Assembly: GCA_025558095.1 (NCBI GenBank)
Contig: JAIVFI010000035.1
Coordinates: 62,001-126,000 of the forward strand
Reading direction: 5' to 3'
DNA length: 64,000 bases
DNA from: Hyaloraphidium curvatum SAG 235-1
Lineage: Eukaryota > Fungi > Monoblepharomycota
The position numbers were made by a program, and so were the translations under genes. Under the pieces are notes generated by a model. The model searched no databases, had not been told where the DNA came from, and saw only the letters and a list, made by a program, of their open reading frames with translations. Below are positions 51,884 to 62,244 of the stretch, in pieces. How positions within the stretch are numbered: position 1 is the stretch's first letter; every line of letters begins with the position of its first letter.

Positions 51884-53515
51884 TCACGCCCGCGGGCGCT
51901 TCGGCGCCGTCTTTGCTGCTGCCGCTTTGGCCGCTTTGGCCGCTTTTCCCGTCTGTTTCGCGGGTTGCGGCGAGGCACTGCGTTTTCGCTTCGACCCGGC
52001 AAGGGTGACCGCTTCGGCAGTCCTGCCGCGCTTGACACGCCCCGCAGCTGCCTCCGTCGGCGACCCGCCGCGCTTCCTCTTGCCGAGGGCCTCTTGCACG
52101 GCCTCCCTGGAGCGCTTCGAACGACGTGCGGCGGGGCCGGGGCTGGCGGAGCGCCGGCGCTTGCCAGTGACCTCTTCGGGGGCCGTGCGGGGGCGCTTCG
52201 CGTGGACCTCGGCGGGAGGCGGGGTACGGGAACGTCCGCGCTTCGGGACGGCGCGACGCGGTAGGGCGGTTCCGGAATCTTCGACGGTGTCCATCGCGTC
52301 GTCGTTGGAGGGGTCGTCGGGCCACGCGCCGGGGGATTCGATCCGGGAGTCGCGTTTGGTCGGCTTCTGCGGTCGCTTGCGGCGCGGCAGTGCGCTGCCT
52401 TCGTCCTCAATGAATTCGACAAAGGAAGCTTCGTCGTCGGAGTCCGTGGCGGCATCGGGCGCGGGCGCAGCGGCGGTGGCAGGCGTCGGATGGGCGGCAG
52501 CGGGGCCGGTGGGCGTCGGGGAGTCCTGTGCCTCAGCTGCTTCGGCCTCGTCAGCCGCGTCCTGCGCGCCGGGCTCAGCTGGGCCGTCGGCGGCGTCCCA
52601 GCCCGCGGGCAGATCCCAATGATCCTCTGCTTCGGCCGGAGCTTCCCAGAACTCTGCCTCTTCGTCTCCGCCGGCGACGCTACCGGTGCGGGCGTCGGGC
52701 TCTTCGCGCTCTTCGCGGTTTGCGAGAGCCGCAGAGAGGCGGGCGACTTCTTGGCGGCATTCTGCGAGCGCGGCGCTGAGCTTCGTGTTCTGCGCGTCGG
52801 ACCGGGAGCGGGTGGTCTCACACAGTGCCAAGCGATGCCTCAGCTCCTGCATGTCCCGGGTCCCCTCTGCCATCACATCGCGCAATTCTCCGATCGCCTC
52901 TTCTTTCTCGGCGACGAGCGCCTCGCAACGTCCCAGCCTATGGCGGAGGGCATCCCGGTCCGCGGCGGAGGCCTGGGCGTGCCTCAGCGCGTCGCGGAGA
53001 GCGGCTGCATCCGCTTGGTGCGCTACTTTCTCGGCGATCATCGTATTGAGCTCGTCCAAAAGATCTTCCATGGCCCGTTGGGCATCGGCCAGCTCTCTCT
53101 TGCAAGCGGAGGCGTCGCCGGCTTCGATTTGAAGCGCGCGGATCGTCTGTTGGTATTCGGACAGCCTGTGCCGGAGTGCTTTCGCCGACGTGTGCGACGT
53201 GTGTGGCATCGATGCGATCTGCTTCTGTAGCTTGCGGATCTGCTGCTGGAGTGCGCGGACGGAGGCTTTCGTCGGCTGGGCAGGTGGGGCGGCGCCGGGC
53301 GCGGCGGCGGCGGGCCGAGGTGGCTCCTGGCGCGGCGGGTCTTGTGCTGCCGCCGGGGTTGCCGGCGGCGGTGGTGCACGCGGGGTTCGCGGGACCGTAC
53401 GGTTTTCGCAGTGGACATGTTGGTAGCAGTACCTTGAGCCGTCTTGGGCGTTGCGGCTGCAACGGTTGCGATCGCCGGAGGACTTGATGCAGGCGCACTG
53501 GACCGGTTCGGACAT
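51884..53515 (-). CDS. Protein with N-terminal CCCH-like finger, coiled coil, acidic region and Lys/Arg/Ala-rich tail
   Basis: QCACIKSSGDRNRCSR....YCYQH, heptads, and GKRKR/KAAKAAKA C-terminus. Confidence 0.7.
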   Translation of the reverse strand: MSEPVQCACIKSSGDRNRCSRNAQDGSRYCYQHVHCENRTVPRTPRAPPPPATPAAAQDPPRQEPPRPAAAAPGAAPPAQPTKASVRALQQQIRKLQKQIASMPHTSHTSAKALRHRLSEYQQTIRALQIEAGDASACKRELADAQRAMEDLLDELNTMIAEKVAHQADAAALRDALRHAQASAADRDALRHRLGRCEALVAEKEEAIGELRDVMAEGTRDMQELRHRLALCETTRSRSDAQNTKLSAALAECRQEVARLSAALANREEREEPDARTGSVAGGDEEAEFWEAPAEAEDHWDLPAGWDAADGPAEPGAQDAADEAEAAEAQDSPTPTGPAAAHPTPATAAAPAPDAATDSDDEASFVEFIEDEGSALPRRKRPQKPTKRDSRIESPGAWPDDPSNDDAMDTVEDSGTALPRRAVPKRGRSRTPPPAEVHAKRPRTAPEEVTGKRRRSASPGPAARRSKRSREAVQEALGKRKRGGSPTEAAAGRVKRGRTAEAVTLAGSKRKRSASPQPAKQTGKAAKAAKAAAAKTAPKRPRA

Positions 53516-53724
53516 CGTCGTTGGCCGTGTGGATCGGGAATAATTCCATCTGCGTGGTCGCGGTGGGGCGGGGAAAGGGGCGGTGTGACACTTTTAGGTC
53601 CGTGACACATGGAACTGGGTCGCCACGCGGCGACCAGCTAGCTAGTGCAATGAGCCTCACGACCACGGCACACGCTAGCGCTCTCACTTGTTCCAACCAA
53701 CTCCCACCGGATCGCTCGCCCGGA

Positions 53725-54207
53725 TCACGCGGCGATCGGGGTCGGTGACGGCTCCGCTCGACGCAGCTCGCAGAGCATCCTGCCCGCGTAGTGAGAGCCT
53801 TGAGCCGCCGCCTTTTCGAACCAGAGCGCCGCGGCGGCTTTGTCTGCGGGCACGCCCCCGGTGCCGTCGTAGTACAAGTCGCCCAGCCACACCTGGGCAG
53901 TGACGTGGCCGAGTTCGGCCGCCTTCAGCAGCCAGCGCCGCGCCGTTTCAAAGTTGCGCTGGATGCGGCGCGGGCGGCCGTAGAAGTGCATCCGGTACAG
54001 CTGCATGATCGCCGGCACGTGGTCGTCGTTGGCGATCCGTTCCCAGAGTGCGAGGGCTTCCGCGGCTTGCCTGCGCATACCGTCCCCGGTCCACATCCGC
54101 AGGGCGAGGTCGTGGAGGGCGTTCGGGTCGCCGGAGGCTGCACGGGCCTTGAGCTTTGCGAGGGCGATGCGGCGGCAGCGGCGAAGGTGGGGTGCGGAAG
54201 CGTACAT
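53725..54207 (-). CDS. Sel1-like repeat protein
   Basis: A..GDPNALHDLA, WLLKAAELGHVTAQVWLGDLYYDG.GGV and WFEKAAAQG. Confidence 0.88.
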   Translation of the reverse strand: MYASAPHLRRCRRIALAKLKARAASGDPNALHDLALRMWTGDGMRRQAAEALALWERIANDDHVPAIMQLYRMHFYGRPRRIQRNFETARRWLLKAAELGHVTAQVWLGDLYYDGTGGVPADKAAAALWFEKAAAQGSHYAGRMLCELRRAEPSPTPIAA

Positions 54208-54368
54208 TGTCGTTGCGGAGCGCGAAAAAAGCGACGAACAAAGATCGCGCGATGCAGGGCGGGATGGAGGGTGTTTCTGTTGCGGCATCGTCTGCCGCTT
54301 AAGACGCGTGAATGCGTCAACGCTCTTCCGAACGCTTTTTTTCTGTTTGACACGCAACAGGACGGCGA

Positions 54369-55214
54369 ATGACCATCACTTACACCTTCGTAGGGCCTTT
54401 TGCTTTGCTGGTACGCAACGATTGGGACCTCGAATGTGTCCAGACGGAGGCGGAGGAGATGTACCCCTGGAAGCTCCCCAAAATCACGTCGGAGCCGCAG
54501 CTCTTCAGCATCCTGCGACCTCGGCTGACAACCCAGTGGTTCGACGACCAGATCACCGAAATGGTGGAGTACTTGGCGGAAATGATCGACGATCAGGTAG
54601 CGACATGGCGACTTCGAGGACGCGGCGGCGTCACGCGGCTAATGCGCCACATTCGACAAACACTGCTGTTTGTGATTCGAAACGTACCATCCTATGAGTG
54701 GCAGCGTCGGGAGGGGATCAATGCGTTGCTTGACGCGACAGAGGCTTTGGCCGCCTCGAAGAAGCTGTCACCCGCCAAGAGGCTTCTGGTTGCGCACCTA
54801 CGACGCTTCGTAGCGGTGGACGACCCCGTGAATCGCAAGAGCATGATGGTCGAATACACTCCGCAACGCGGTCTGATGGGGATGCTACGGGACGGTGTCG
54901 ACTTGGACTCTGCTCGGATTGTCGAAATGATCATGTTGGATGACGAGCGAAAGAGGAAACAAGGGCGGATGGAAAGGAGGATGGCGAGGATGGAAAAGAT
55001 GGCTCGGCGGAGGATGAAAGTCGCAGCAAATGGGCTCAACGGAGGAGCGGGTGGCGGCTCGTCGGCGGCGGCGGACGGAGGATCGACGGCCTCCGGCTCC
55101 GTGGCCTCCAGCGGCGCCGGGGCAGGATCGGTCGTCGCGGCAAGCAACATCTCCGACCAACCGTCCTCGGGGACAGCGGCAGCGGCATCGGCGGCGCTTG
55201 AGAGCTTTGAGTAG
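54369..55214 (+). CDS. Hypothetical protein
   Basis: ATG ORF of 281 aa with a Gly/Ser/Ala tail. Confidence 0.6.
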   Translation: MTITYTFVGPFALLVRNDWDLECVQTEAEEMYPWKLPKITSEPQLFSILRPRLTTQWFDDQITEMVEYLAEMIDDQVATWRLRGRGGVTRLMRHIRQTLLFVIRNVPSYEWQRREGINALLDATEALAASKKLSPAKRLLVAHLRRFVAVDDPVNRKSMMVEYTPQRGLMGMLRDGVDLDSARIVEMIMLDDERKRKQGRMERRMARMEKMARRRMKVAANGLNGGAGGGSSAAADGGSTASGSVASSGAGAGSVVAASNISDQPSSGTAAAASAALESFE

Positions 55215-55222
55215 AAAATGAT

Positions 55223-55487
55223 GGTGACTCATCGAAAGCCCGACCCCAAAACGGGGTGAGTGTGGGGTGGTCTCTGAAAAGGGGGAGCCCGAGAAAGGGC
55301 GTGGTACACCCCCGTGGTACACTGTGATACGGACTTTTGTTTTTTTCTTTTCAAACTTTACGCGTAGAGATGAAAACAGACGGGGCCGCACGTCCGTATC
55401 ACACTGTACCACGGGGGTGTACCACGCCCTTTTTCGGGCCCCCCCTTTTTGTCGGGACTTTTTTCGGGCCCGCTCCGATGAGTCACC
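55223..55487. repeat. Palindromic element copy A (nested inverted repeats)
   Basis: Outer IR GGTGACTCATCG/CGATGAGTCACC. Inner 48-bp IR 55287-55334 / 55392-55439 with 2 mismatches. Central TACGCGTA. Confidence 0.92.
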
Positions 55488-55666
55488 GACCAAAAACGAT
55501 CACCGGTTATTGCTCACCCCCCAATCAGCAGCCCTTCAAACCAAAGTCCGCCGCCTCCTGGGCCTCCTCAGAAAAGCTCATCGACCGCAGGAAGCCCGTC
55601 CATCAAAACGGTGCCCCGGGCTGAAAAAGGGGCCCAAAATCACAAGTGGTGTGGGAGGGCTGATGT

Positions 55667-55922
55667 GGTGACTCATCGAAGGAGTCCAACCCCAAACCGG
55701 GCGTGGGAGGGGGTGTCCTCTGAAAAAAGGGGGGCCCGAGAAAGGGCGTGGTACGCCCCCGTGGTACACTGTGATACGGACCTTTGTTTTTTTCTTTCCA
55801 AACTTTACGCGTAGAGATGAAAAACAGACGGGCCACGCGTCCGTATCACACTGTACCACGGGGGTGTACCACGCCCTTTTTCGCGGACCCCCTTTTTCGG
55901 GGCCGGGTCCCGATGAGTCACC
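55667..55922. repeat. Palindromic element copy B
   Basis: Diverged direct repeat of copy A with the same IR arms and centre. Confidence 0.92.
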
Positions 55923-55973
55923 AATCGATCCGATCGCCAGAAATTGTGAAGTGACTTTTCATCGTATTGGCGT

Positions 55974-58900
55974 CTACATCAGCATCCCCTCGCCAAAGTC
56001 GATCTCCTCCTGGGCCGCATCATGGTTCTCTTTCATCCTTGCCATCGCATAGACAGGCGTGCGCATCTCCCGGGTGAGTTTGTCTCTCCCTCCGTCGTCG
56101 CGCCGAGCTTCGACAAAACGAATCAATTCCAAACGGCTCGCTTCGATCCTGTCCAGCTCTGCCTGCGTGTACGTCCTGACGGGCGCCGACTTCTCTTCCC
56201 TGTTCTCTCCCGCGGCGCTACCATCGTGTCCGAACGCATATTTGAACCGATCTGGGTAGGCGTCCACCATCGTTTTGGCAATGGAAGCGATGTCAAACTC
56301 CCTGTTCTCCGATTCGGTCGCGGCCGCCACGGAGGCGTCCACCACCCAGCCCGGGAAACCATGCTTGTCCATGTCTTTGCCGTAGCGGTACTTGTCATGG
56401 CTTGCCCTGGGCCGGAATCCTCGGTAAAAGACGTTCGAAAGCCTGCCAAAAACAGATGCTTTCGACATCATCTTCTCCCCGGAGTCGGCGAGCTGAAGAG
56501 CTTTCTCGTATGGGACGCCGTCTTCAATCTTGCCCGTGAACTTGCATTGGCTGAGGATGCTCCTCGTCAAGCTTTCGCTCTTGGGGGGAGGAAAGAGCTC
56601 CTCGGTTGCCGCCAGGACGCCCCTCGGTACGGATGGCATACTGACGTCTTCACTCGCAAACTGGTCCTTGATAATCCGTGCGACGACGGCGTACCGCAAA
56701 AGTCCTTTCGCTGCCGTGCTCATGAACTCTTGATCGATTGGAAAGACGTGGTTATCCTCGTCCTCTTCGCCCGGGTTGACGTACTTGGAAAGCATGTTGA
56801 TCCCCAAGAAACGATTTCGGATTGATTCTGCTCTGGTGATGGCTGGAAGCTCCTCAGGATTGATCGCTTGGACCAACAAGGTGTTCAAGACCACGTCTTC
56901 GGGCGTCTTGTCGTAGCATCCCCTCACGGGCTTCTTGTCCCCTCCGCTGGTGATTGCTTTCACACTTCCCACGTCCCAGCGGGATCCCGACATGGCCTCT
57001 GAGCCCATGGCGCATCGCAGCTTTGCAAGACGTTTGAGCTCCGACTTCGGGCCCTCGGCATTTTGCGATTTGTTTCCTGCCGTCATCAGGATGCTTGGTT
57101 CCAGAGACCCGAACAGTGGAGACAGGGCTTCCGAAAACAGTACGATTAGCCCCGATTTGCCGTCGTTTCCGTCCCCGTAGAGAATGAAGATCTTCTTCCC
57201 TGGGTTGCCAAAGGCGGCGTGTCTGACGTAAACCAGAAAGAAGGTGCCCGTATCAGTGCGGTGCGAAAAGACGTTCCAGTAGTGGTGTTCAAACAGGAAC
57301 TGCAGATATTCGCTTTCGAAGAGCTCCGGGACGTACGGGATGTCAAGCGTCGTCCGAATGAGGTCCTTCGGGACTGCCTTGCGGATCGTCTTTGCGGCAC
57401 CGTCGGCAACATACCCGTTCTTGAAGGGGATTATCCCGCGGTTGCTGTCGAACTTGGATTCGGACTTGTACGTCATATTCTCACTCAGGATCTTGAGTGC
57501 TGCAACACGCGATTGGCTGCGTCCAATCGCGGTGAGGAGCTTGTTGATGTTCGGTTGCAACTTCTTTGCGAATCGACCGTGCTTTTCGTTGGCGTCCCTG
57601 ATCGCCTGTTCCAGCCTGTCCAAGGGTTCGAACGCCATGCTGATGGCGCCTTCTCCGTTCACAGTCCACATGCCGTCTCGGCATCCGTACCACGTGGCTT
57701 TTTCGTCATCTGGTCCTCGAATGAACAAAAGATCGCCGATTTCCGAGTCAGGCATCCCCCTACGCTTGCTCAGGTGTATCATGTCGGCGATGATTTTGTC
57801 CGTCACGTGCGTGAGCGCACTGAGTATCAATCGCCCCCCTTCGGGGCTTGAGAATTCTTCTACGGCCTCTGCAATGATCTTGGCAGCTTCCCCGGGAGTT
57901 TTTGCGATGGAATCGCCCGTCATTCCGTCATCATCGGCCCAGTCACTGTCGACCGTGTCAGCATCGTCGTCGCCATTTGCGGTGAAGCGAACGACCTTTC
58001 CGCTGCTTCCTTCGACGAAGAACAGCTCCTTCCTGAACCTAATGATCCCTGCACCGGTCGAACATTTGAAGAACAAAAATGGCCCGTCCTCGGATCTGCA
58101 GCTTTTGACGTGCACCCTCGCTTCGTCCACTCCCAGGATACCGGCATCGGATGCCAACTGCACCACAATGCGGATGGACTCGGGTGAGGCCGGTGCAATG
58201 TCCGGCGGCAACGAAGCGACGCCTACCAACTTATCATGGATGGTGCGCGTGTCGCGGCTCCGAATCAAACTCCGGTTCAGCTTCACGCCCTTTCCGTCGA
58301 TGAGATCGAATCCGGTCCTCTTCGAGACCAACTTCGCACCGGGGTAGGTGGTGCTCATCAAAGAGACGGTCACGATCGACTCGCACTGGCCCCCCCACTG
58401 TCGCTTGACGCCCGTGACAACCAGGGGCCCGTTGATCAAAGACATCACTTGCCCGCGAACGGAATTCACGGCGTTCTTGAGGCAAAGTACCTCCTCCTCG
58501 GCAACGCCCCATGCTGGCCAGTCCGAATCCGAAACTCCGTCAACCGACATAGGGTCGCCGTCGCCGCCGTCGTATACTTCGTCGTCGATTCCCACGTCCA
58601 GGACGTGAACTCCCCCATGCCCCCTGCCGATCCGATCCGTTCGCAATGGCGGCGTCGCGCGCGCGCCCTCTCCGCGCCCGGACGCGCCGTTGGCTCCTGT
58701 CCCGGGGTGCGACGACGCGGCCCTGCGCTTGACCACGGGCTCCGGCGACGACCCCGGTGTCTCGCATCCCGCAGCACCAGCGGAGAGATCCCGACCCGCC
58801 GCGGCCCAAATCTGGTCCAACCTGGCCCGGAACTCAGCGTTCCTCGCACCGACGCTACCAATCTCCTCGCCGTCCTCAAACACGACAAACTTGTCATTCA

Positions 58901-61556
58901 TGACCCGGATCAGCGTCTGGGACGAGCTCGCCCCTGGTTCGACCTCACGGCTCAGATGGACCAAGAAAGCACCGTCAGTCAGCACGCGGCGTCGCACAGC
59001 GCGGACCGAAGGCGACGTCGGCTCATTCAACGGGGAGCCGGTGACGTGGGTGTATGCCATCCGGGCAGCGGCAATGGCTTCTTCAAAGACCTCGGCATCG
59101 GGTGTGACCTCGTACTCGCCCTCTCTGCTGGCTGCGTCGTTCCATCGCTCTTGCTCGTCCCTCATGTGCCGTTGACCGACAACTTGCGTCGGGGTGTCCT
59201 GTGCTTGCGTCGGGTTGGTAAGAGTGATGTATATCCCCCGAATTGCGCCCGAAGTGCGAGCGCGGCCCAGTTCCTCCTTCCCGTCCCTGAGTGTCATGTT
59301 TTGCGGACCGATGGAAACACGCAATCCGCCGGTCAATGGGACCAGGATGTACGGGTGGTCACCAGGGCAGAAGCGGATCGTAGTGTAGTCGACGGGGCCG
59401 ACCTTCCGCGTGCCGAACAGTGCCCGCTCAACGGTATCCGCAACAATCCGCTGCTGCTCCGTGCTCATGCTCTGATTCGTCGGAAAGATGCGCGTGAAGA
59501 GAGCTGTCGGCACTGTCATCCAAAGCGACTTTGTCCGGCACAACTCCGCTTCGCACCAATACCGAGCACGGCCTCCGTCATAGACACTGATGATGCGGCG
59601 GTTGGTTTGCCTGTCCTTGTCGTCACCGTGAAGCCACGACCACTCCTCGCCTTTGTGAAAGCATTCGCGATCGCGAAGACGTATGTTCACTTTGCGATTT
59701 CCGGGTTCCCTGTTCTCAGTGGTCTTCGCCAAAATCAGCGGAAACTGAGCGAGCGGGTTCTCGTCCAAATCTCCGACCCCGCGCCCGCAACGGTAGTAGT
59801 CAAGCAGGTCCTCGCACGCGCGTGCCCGATCCTCCGTGAGCGTCCCATACGCGCCGGATGCGTTCCACTTCGGAATGTATCCATTTTCGACTCCCCTGTT
59901 GTGCATCCGCTCAGCACGTTCCGCGCCGTAGTTCGATTCCAGCTCCTCCTGCGTCGGACGAATCATCAACGCCATGATCCGGTCCACCGTCGCTTCCAAT
60001 ACCTCACCGGTCTCCAGCGACATGGGAAGGTAAAACGTCCCACTGCGCTTCCTCGACAGCGGCAGCCGCTTGTTCGCAAATTCGACGCGAAACACGTCCG
60101 TGTCGATGGAAGCAAAGCGTCCCATCTCGTCGTCGGCGAGCAACTCCTTCGCACGCTCCGCAATCTTGTGCATTGCCCTGAGGCTCGCAATTCCGTTCGG
60201 CGCGACGATGTGCAGCTTCCCCGGCTCCACGGCGTTGAACTCCGCAGCAAGCCCGGCGGTGAACTCGTCCGCAATGCCACTGCCCTCCGATTCGCCCAGA
60301 ACGGCAACGCAGAAATCTCTGCACGCCTGTTTGAGCACTCGAACCACGGCACTGGCTAGCTTCAAGCGCCCCGGCGCATCCGCAAAGGCACTGTAGTCGC
60401 CCCCGTCGTCGCGCCTGTCCACCTCTGCAAAGACGCGCGCGTACTTGAGCCCGCGCGTCAGTTCGGAGAAGCAAAGGACCTTGGAGTCCGGGTGGCTGCG
60501 ATGTTCGTCGATCATGGCCTGCGCAAACGTCCGCAGGGCCGCGCGGTCGTTCGGCACCCTGATCTTGCCGGGGATGCCGGCACCTGGGCCTGCGAGAAGC
60601 AGAGTGTGCGTGCTCTGAGCGCTGTCCTTGACGGCATGCTGCCAGACGAACTGGGCGAGAGCGCTTCGCTGCCTCCCAAACGGGACAGGCACGTCGCGGC
60701 TGCCGCTGCCGCTCCCGGCGCCGGCACCACCGGCCGCGGCGGTAGAGCCCTGTCCCTTGCCGGATTTGGCGACCTTCGTTTGCACGGCGGGGTGTCGCCC
60801 GAGGATGACGTCCACGAGTGCGTCGGGCATGCGCGCCGGGAGGCGGTCAAAGAGCGACGCCCCGGGATCGAACCGGTAGTGGGCCACGCTGCCGTCCGGG
60901 AGACGGTAGCTCGTCGGCGGCGCGTAGATGATGCCCCCTGAACCGCGCGTGTCGATGTCCAGCACCTTGCCGTCGATGGTGAATGCTTTGGCCGTAAGGG
61001 TCTCTCCTGCAAGCCTTTCGTCGTTTGCAAAATATAGGTGCCGCCCTTTTCGCGTCGTCACCGTCACGGTGGCGAGGCTCTCGACGCTGGGGATGCCGAC
61101 GGTGCGAAGGAGCAAGTCCAGATCAGCCAGATTGTCTCCGTCAATCACGAATATCCCACCCGGTTGCCCCGTGACGAGGCAGAGCCCGTTGTGGTGCGGC
61201 TTGACCTCGCAAACCGTACGATACCGCTGCTCATCCGTCGGGTGGACACAGTTCTTGACGATTTGGCCCTTCGCGTCGGTGTAAGACGTCATGTGGAGTG
61301 GGAAGACCCGGATCCCCATGGCCCGAAACGCGGAGGCCGCCGAAGCCACCGTGAGCTCTCCGGATGGGCGCGGCACAAGCACCAGGGAGGAGGCGCATGT
61401 CGTGTCCGTTTCGTCCCGCCGCGGAGTCGTTTCGATTTCCTCCTCGGCAGCCACTGACTGGGCCTTCAGCACGGGCGAACCCGGTGGCGAAGGCGTCAGC
61501 GACGCCGCGAAGGACGGGGCATCGGATTCGTCGTCGCTAGCGTTCGTCCAATCCAT
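55974..61556 (-). CDS. Giant primase-helicase: Prim-Pol + AEP-like + Cys/His region + D5-like SF3 helicase (~1860 aa)
   Basis: GLCLVTG..FVIDGD, TTRKGRHLYF and IDTRGSGGIIYAPPT (Prim-Pol). VFAEVD..LHIV..IDTDVF..RLPLSRK (AEP-like). IPFKNG, YGDGNDGKS (Walker A), GSE and AIN (SF3). Confidence 0.88.
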   Translation of the reverse strand: MDWTNASDDESDAPSFAASLTPSPPGSPVLKAQSVAAEEEIETTPRRDETDTTCASSLVLVPRPSGELTVASAASAFRAMGIRVFPLHMTSYTDAKGQIVKNCVHPTDEQRYRTVCEVKPHHNGLCLVTGQPGGIFVIDGDNLADLDLLLRTVGIPSVESLATVTVTTRKGRHLYFANDERLAGETLTAKAFTIDGKVLDIDTRGSGGIIYAPPTSYRLPDGSVAHYRFDPGASLFDRLPARMPDALVDVILGRHPAVQTKVAKSGKGQGSTAAAGGAGAGSGSGSRDVPVPFGRQRSALAQFVWQHAVKDSAQSTHTLLLAGPGAGIPGKIRVPNDRAALRTFAQAMIDEHRSHPDSKVLCFSELTRGLKYARVFAEVDRRDDGGDYSAFADAPGRLKLASAVVRVLKQACRDFCVAVLGESEGSGIADEFTAGLAAEFNAVEPGKLHIVAPNGIASLRAMHKIAERAKELLADDEMGRFASIDTDVFRVEFANKRLPLSRKRSGTFYLPMSLETGEVLEATVDRIMALMIRPTQEELESNYGAERAERMHNRGVENGYIPKWNASGAYGTLTEDRARACEDLLDYYRCGRGVGDLDENPLAQFPLILAKTTENREPGNRKVNIRLRDRECFHKGEEWSWLHGDDKDRQTNRRIISVYDGGRARYWCEAELCRTKSLWMTVPTALFTRIFPTNQSMSTEQQRIVADTVERALFGTRKVGPVDYTTIRFCPGDHPYILVPLTGGLRVSIGPQNMTLRDGKEELGRARTSGAIRGIYITLTNPTQAQDTPTQVVGQRHMRDEQERWNDAASREGEYEVTPDAEVFEEAIAAARMAYTHVTGSPLNEPTSPSVRAVRRRVLTDGAFLVHLSREVEPGASSSQTLIRVMNDKFVVFEDGEEIGSVGARNAEFRARLDQIWAAAGRDLSAGAAGCETPGSSPEPVVKRRAASSHPGTGANGASGRGEGARATPPLRTDRIGRGHGGVHVLDVGIDDEVYDGGDGDPMSVDGVSDSDWPAWGVAEEEVLCLKNAVNSVRGQVMSLINGPLVVTGVKRQWGGQCESIVTVSLMSTTYPGAKLVSKRTGFDLIDGKGVKLNRSLIRSRDTRTIHDKLVGVASLPPDIAPASPESIRIVVQLASDAGILGVDEARVHVKSCRSEDGPFLFFKCSTGAGIIRFRKELFFVEGSSGKVVRFTANGDDDADTVDSDWADDDGMTGDSIAKTPGEAAKIIAEAVEEFSSPEGGRLILSALTHVTDKIIADMIHLSKRRGMPDSEIGDLLFIRGPDDEKATWYGCRDGMWTVNGEGAISMAFEPLDRLEQAIRDANEKHGRFAKKLQPNINKLLTAIGRSQSRVAALKILSENMTYKSESKFDSNRGIIPFKNGYVADGAAKTIRKAVPKDLIRTTLDIPYVPELFESEYLQFLFEHHYWNVFSHRTDTGTFFLVYVRHAAFGNPGKKIFILYGDGNDGKSGLIVLFSEALSPLFGSLEPSILMTAGNKSQNAEGPKSELKRLAKLRCAMGSEAMSGSRWDVGSVKAITSGGDKKPVRGCYDKTPEDVVLNTLLVQAINPEELPAITRAESIRNRFLGINMLSKYVNPGEEDEDNHVFPIDQEFMSTAAKGLLRYAVVARIIKDQFASEDVSMPSVPRGVLAATEELFPPPKSESLTRSILSQCKFTGKIEDGVPYEKALQLADSGEKMMSKASVFGRLSNVFYRGFRPRASHDKYRYGKDMDKHGFPGWVVDASVAAATESENREFDIASIAKTMVDAYPDRFKYAFGHDGSAAGENREEKSAPVRTYTQAELDRIEASRLELIRFVEARRDDGGRDKLTREMRTPVYAMARMKENHDAAQEEIDFGEGMLM

Positions 61557-61734
61557 TTTGGATCCTATGTGAGTGAGCAAAAAAACGGGACCGTTTTTGC
61601 GTGTGGGGAACAGTCGAGGATTTAAAAATCCTTCGCCGACCGGCGGACCAAACGCGGATGTTCGACGGCGTTTTTTTTCTGTGGCCCCATCAGAAGCAAC
61701 CGCGTCCCGACACACAAAATCGTAGATCGCCACC

Positions 61735-62070
61735 ATGCTGAGCACTCAACTCCCCCGTCGCGCCGCCGATTTCAAATCCGCAAAGGGCCGAAGCGCCGCG
61801 GCGCTTTTCGACGAAATCGTGAAGCGACTGGACATCAGCCCGGACGCAGCGACGTTCATCCACCCGGAAGAGGTGCAAACGCAGCTGCGTTGCCTCATTC
61901 CATGGGATGCGGACCGGTACATTAGAAGCCAGAAGCTGATGATGCAAGTCATGTGGGCCATGGATCGTCGATACGGCGACACTCACACAGTCACTACCGT
62001 GTTCATGCGAGGAGTGCCCGGTCCCGTTGTCGTCACTGCGCCCATCAGGCCTCCACCGGAGGCTGCCTGA
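61735..62070 (+). CDS. Small protein, family Y copy 1
   Basis: LFDEIVKRLDI...W..D.Y..S..LM.Q......YGDTH.V...V.AP, shared with 63098-63505. Confidence 0.7.
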   Translation: MLSTQLPRRAADFKSAKGRSAAALFDEIVKRLDISPDAATFIHPEEVQTQLRCLIPWDADRYIRSQKLMMQVMWAMDRRYGDTHTVTTVFMRGVPGPVVVTAPIRPPPEAA

Positions 62071-62244
62071 GACTCTCAATGGAGTTTGGACCGCTGTTGT
62101 AACCTGCTGTCAGGAATCGACGCTTTTGTGCAACAATGCAATGACCCGTTGCTGTCCGCGCCCAAACTGCCGCGGCCGTCGCGGTAATCAACGGTCGGAA
62201 GGAGGACGTGATCGATGTCGTGAGACTCGTCAGCGTTTTTGCGA

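Noticed and set aside
48954-55214. Major capsid protein among the hypothetical ORFs
   Set aside because: None has the length and beta-rich character of a double jelly-roll capsid.
55223-55922. Palindromic elements as MITEs or CRISPR
   Set aside because: No TSD flanks either copy and there is no repeat-spacer structure. A MITE origin is disfavoured but not excluded without a genome-wide search.
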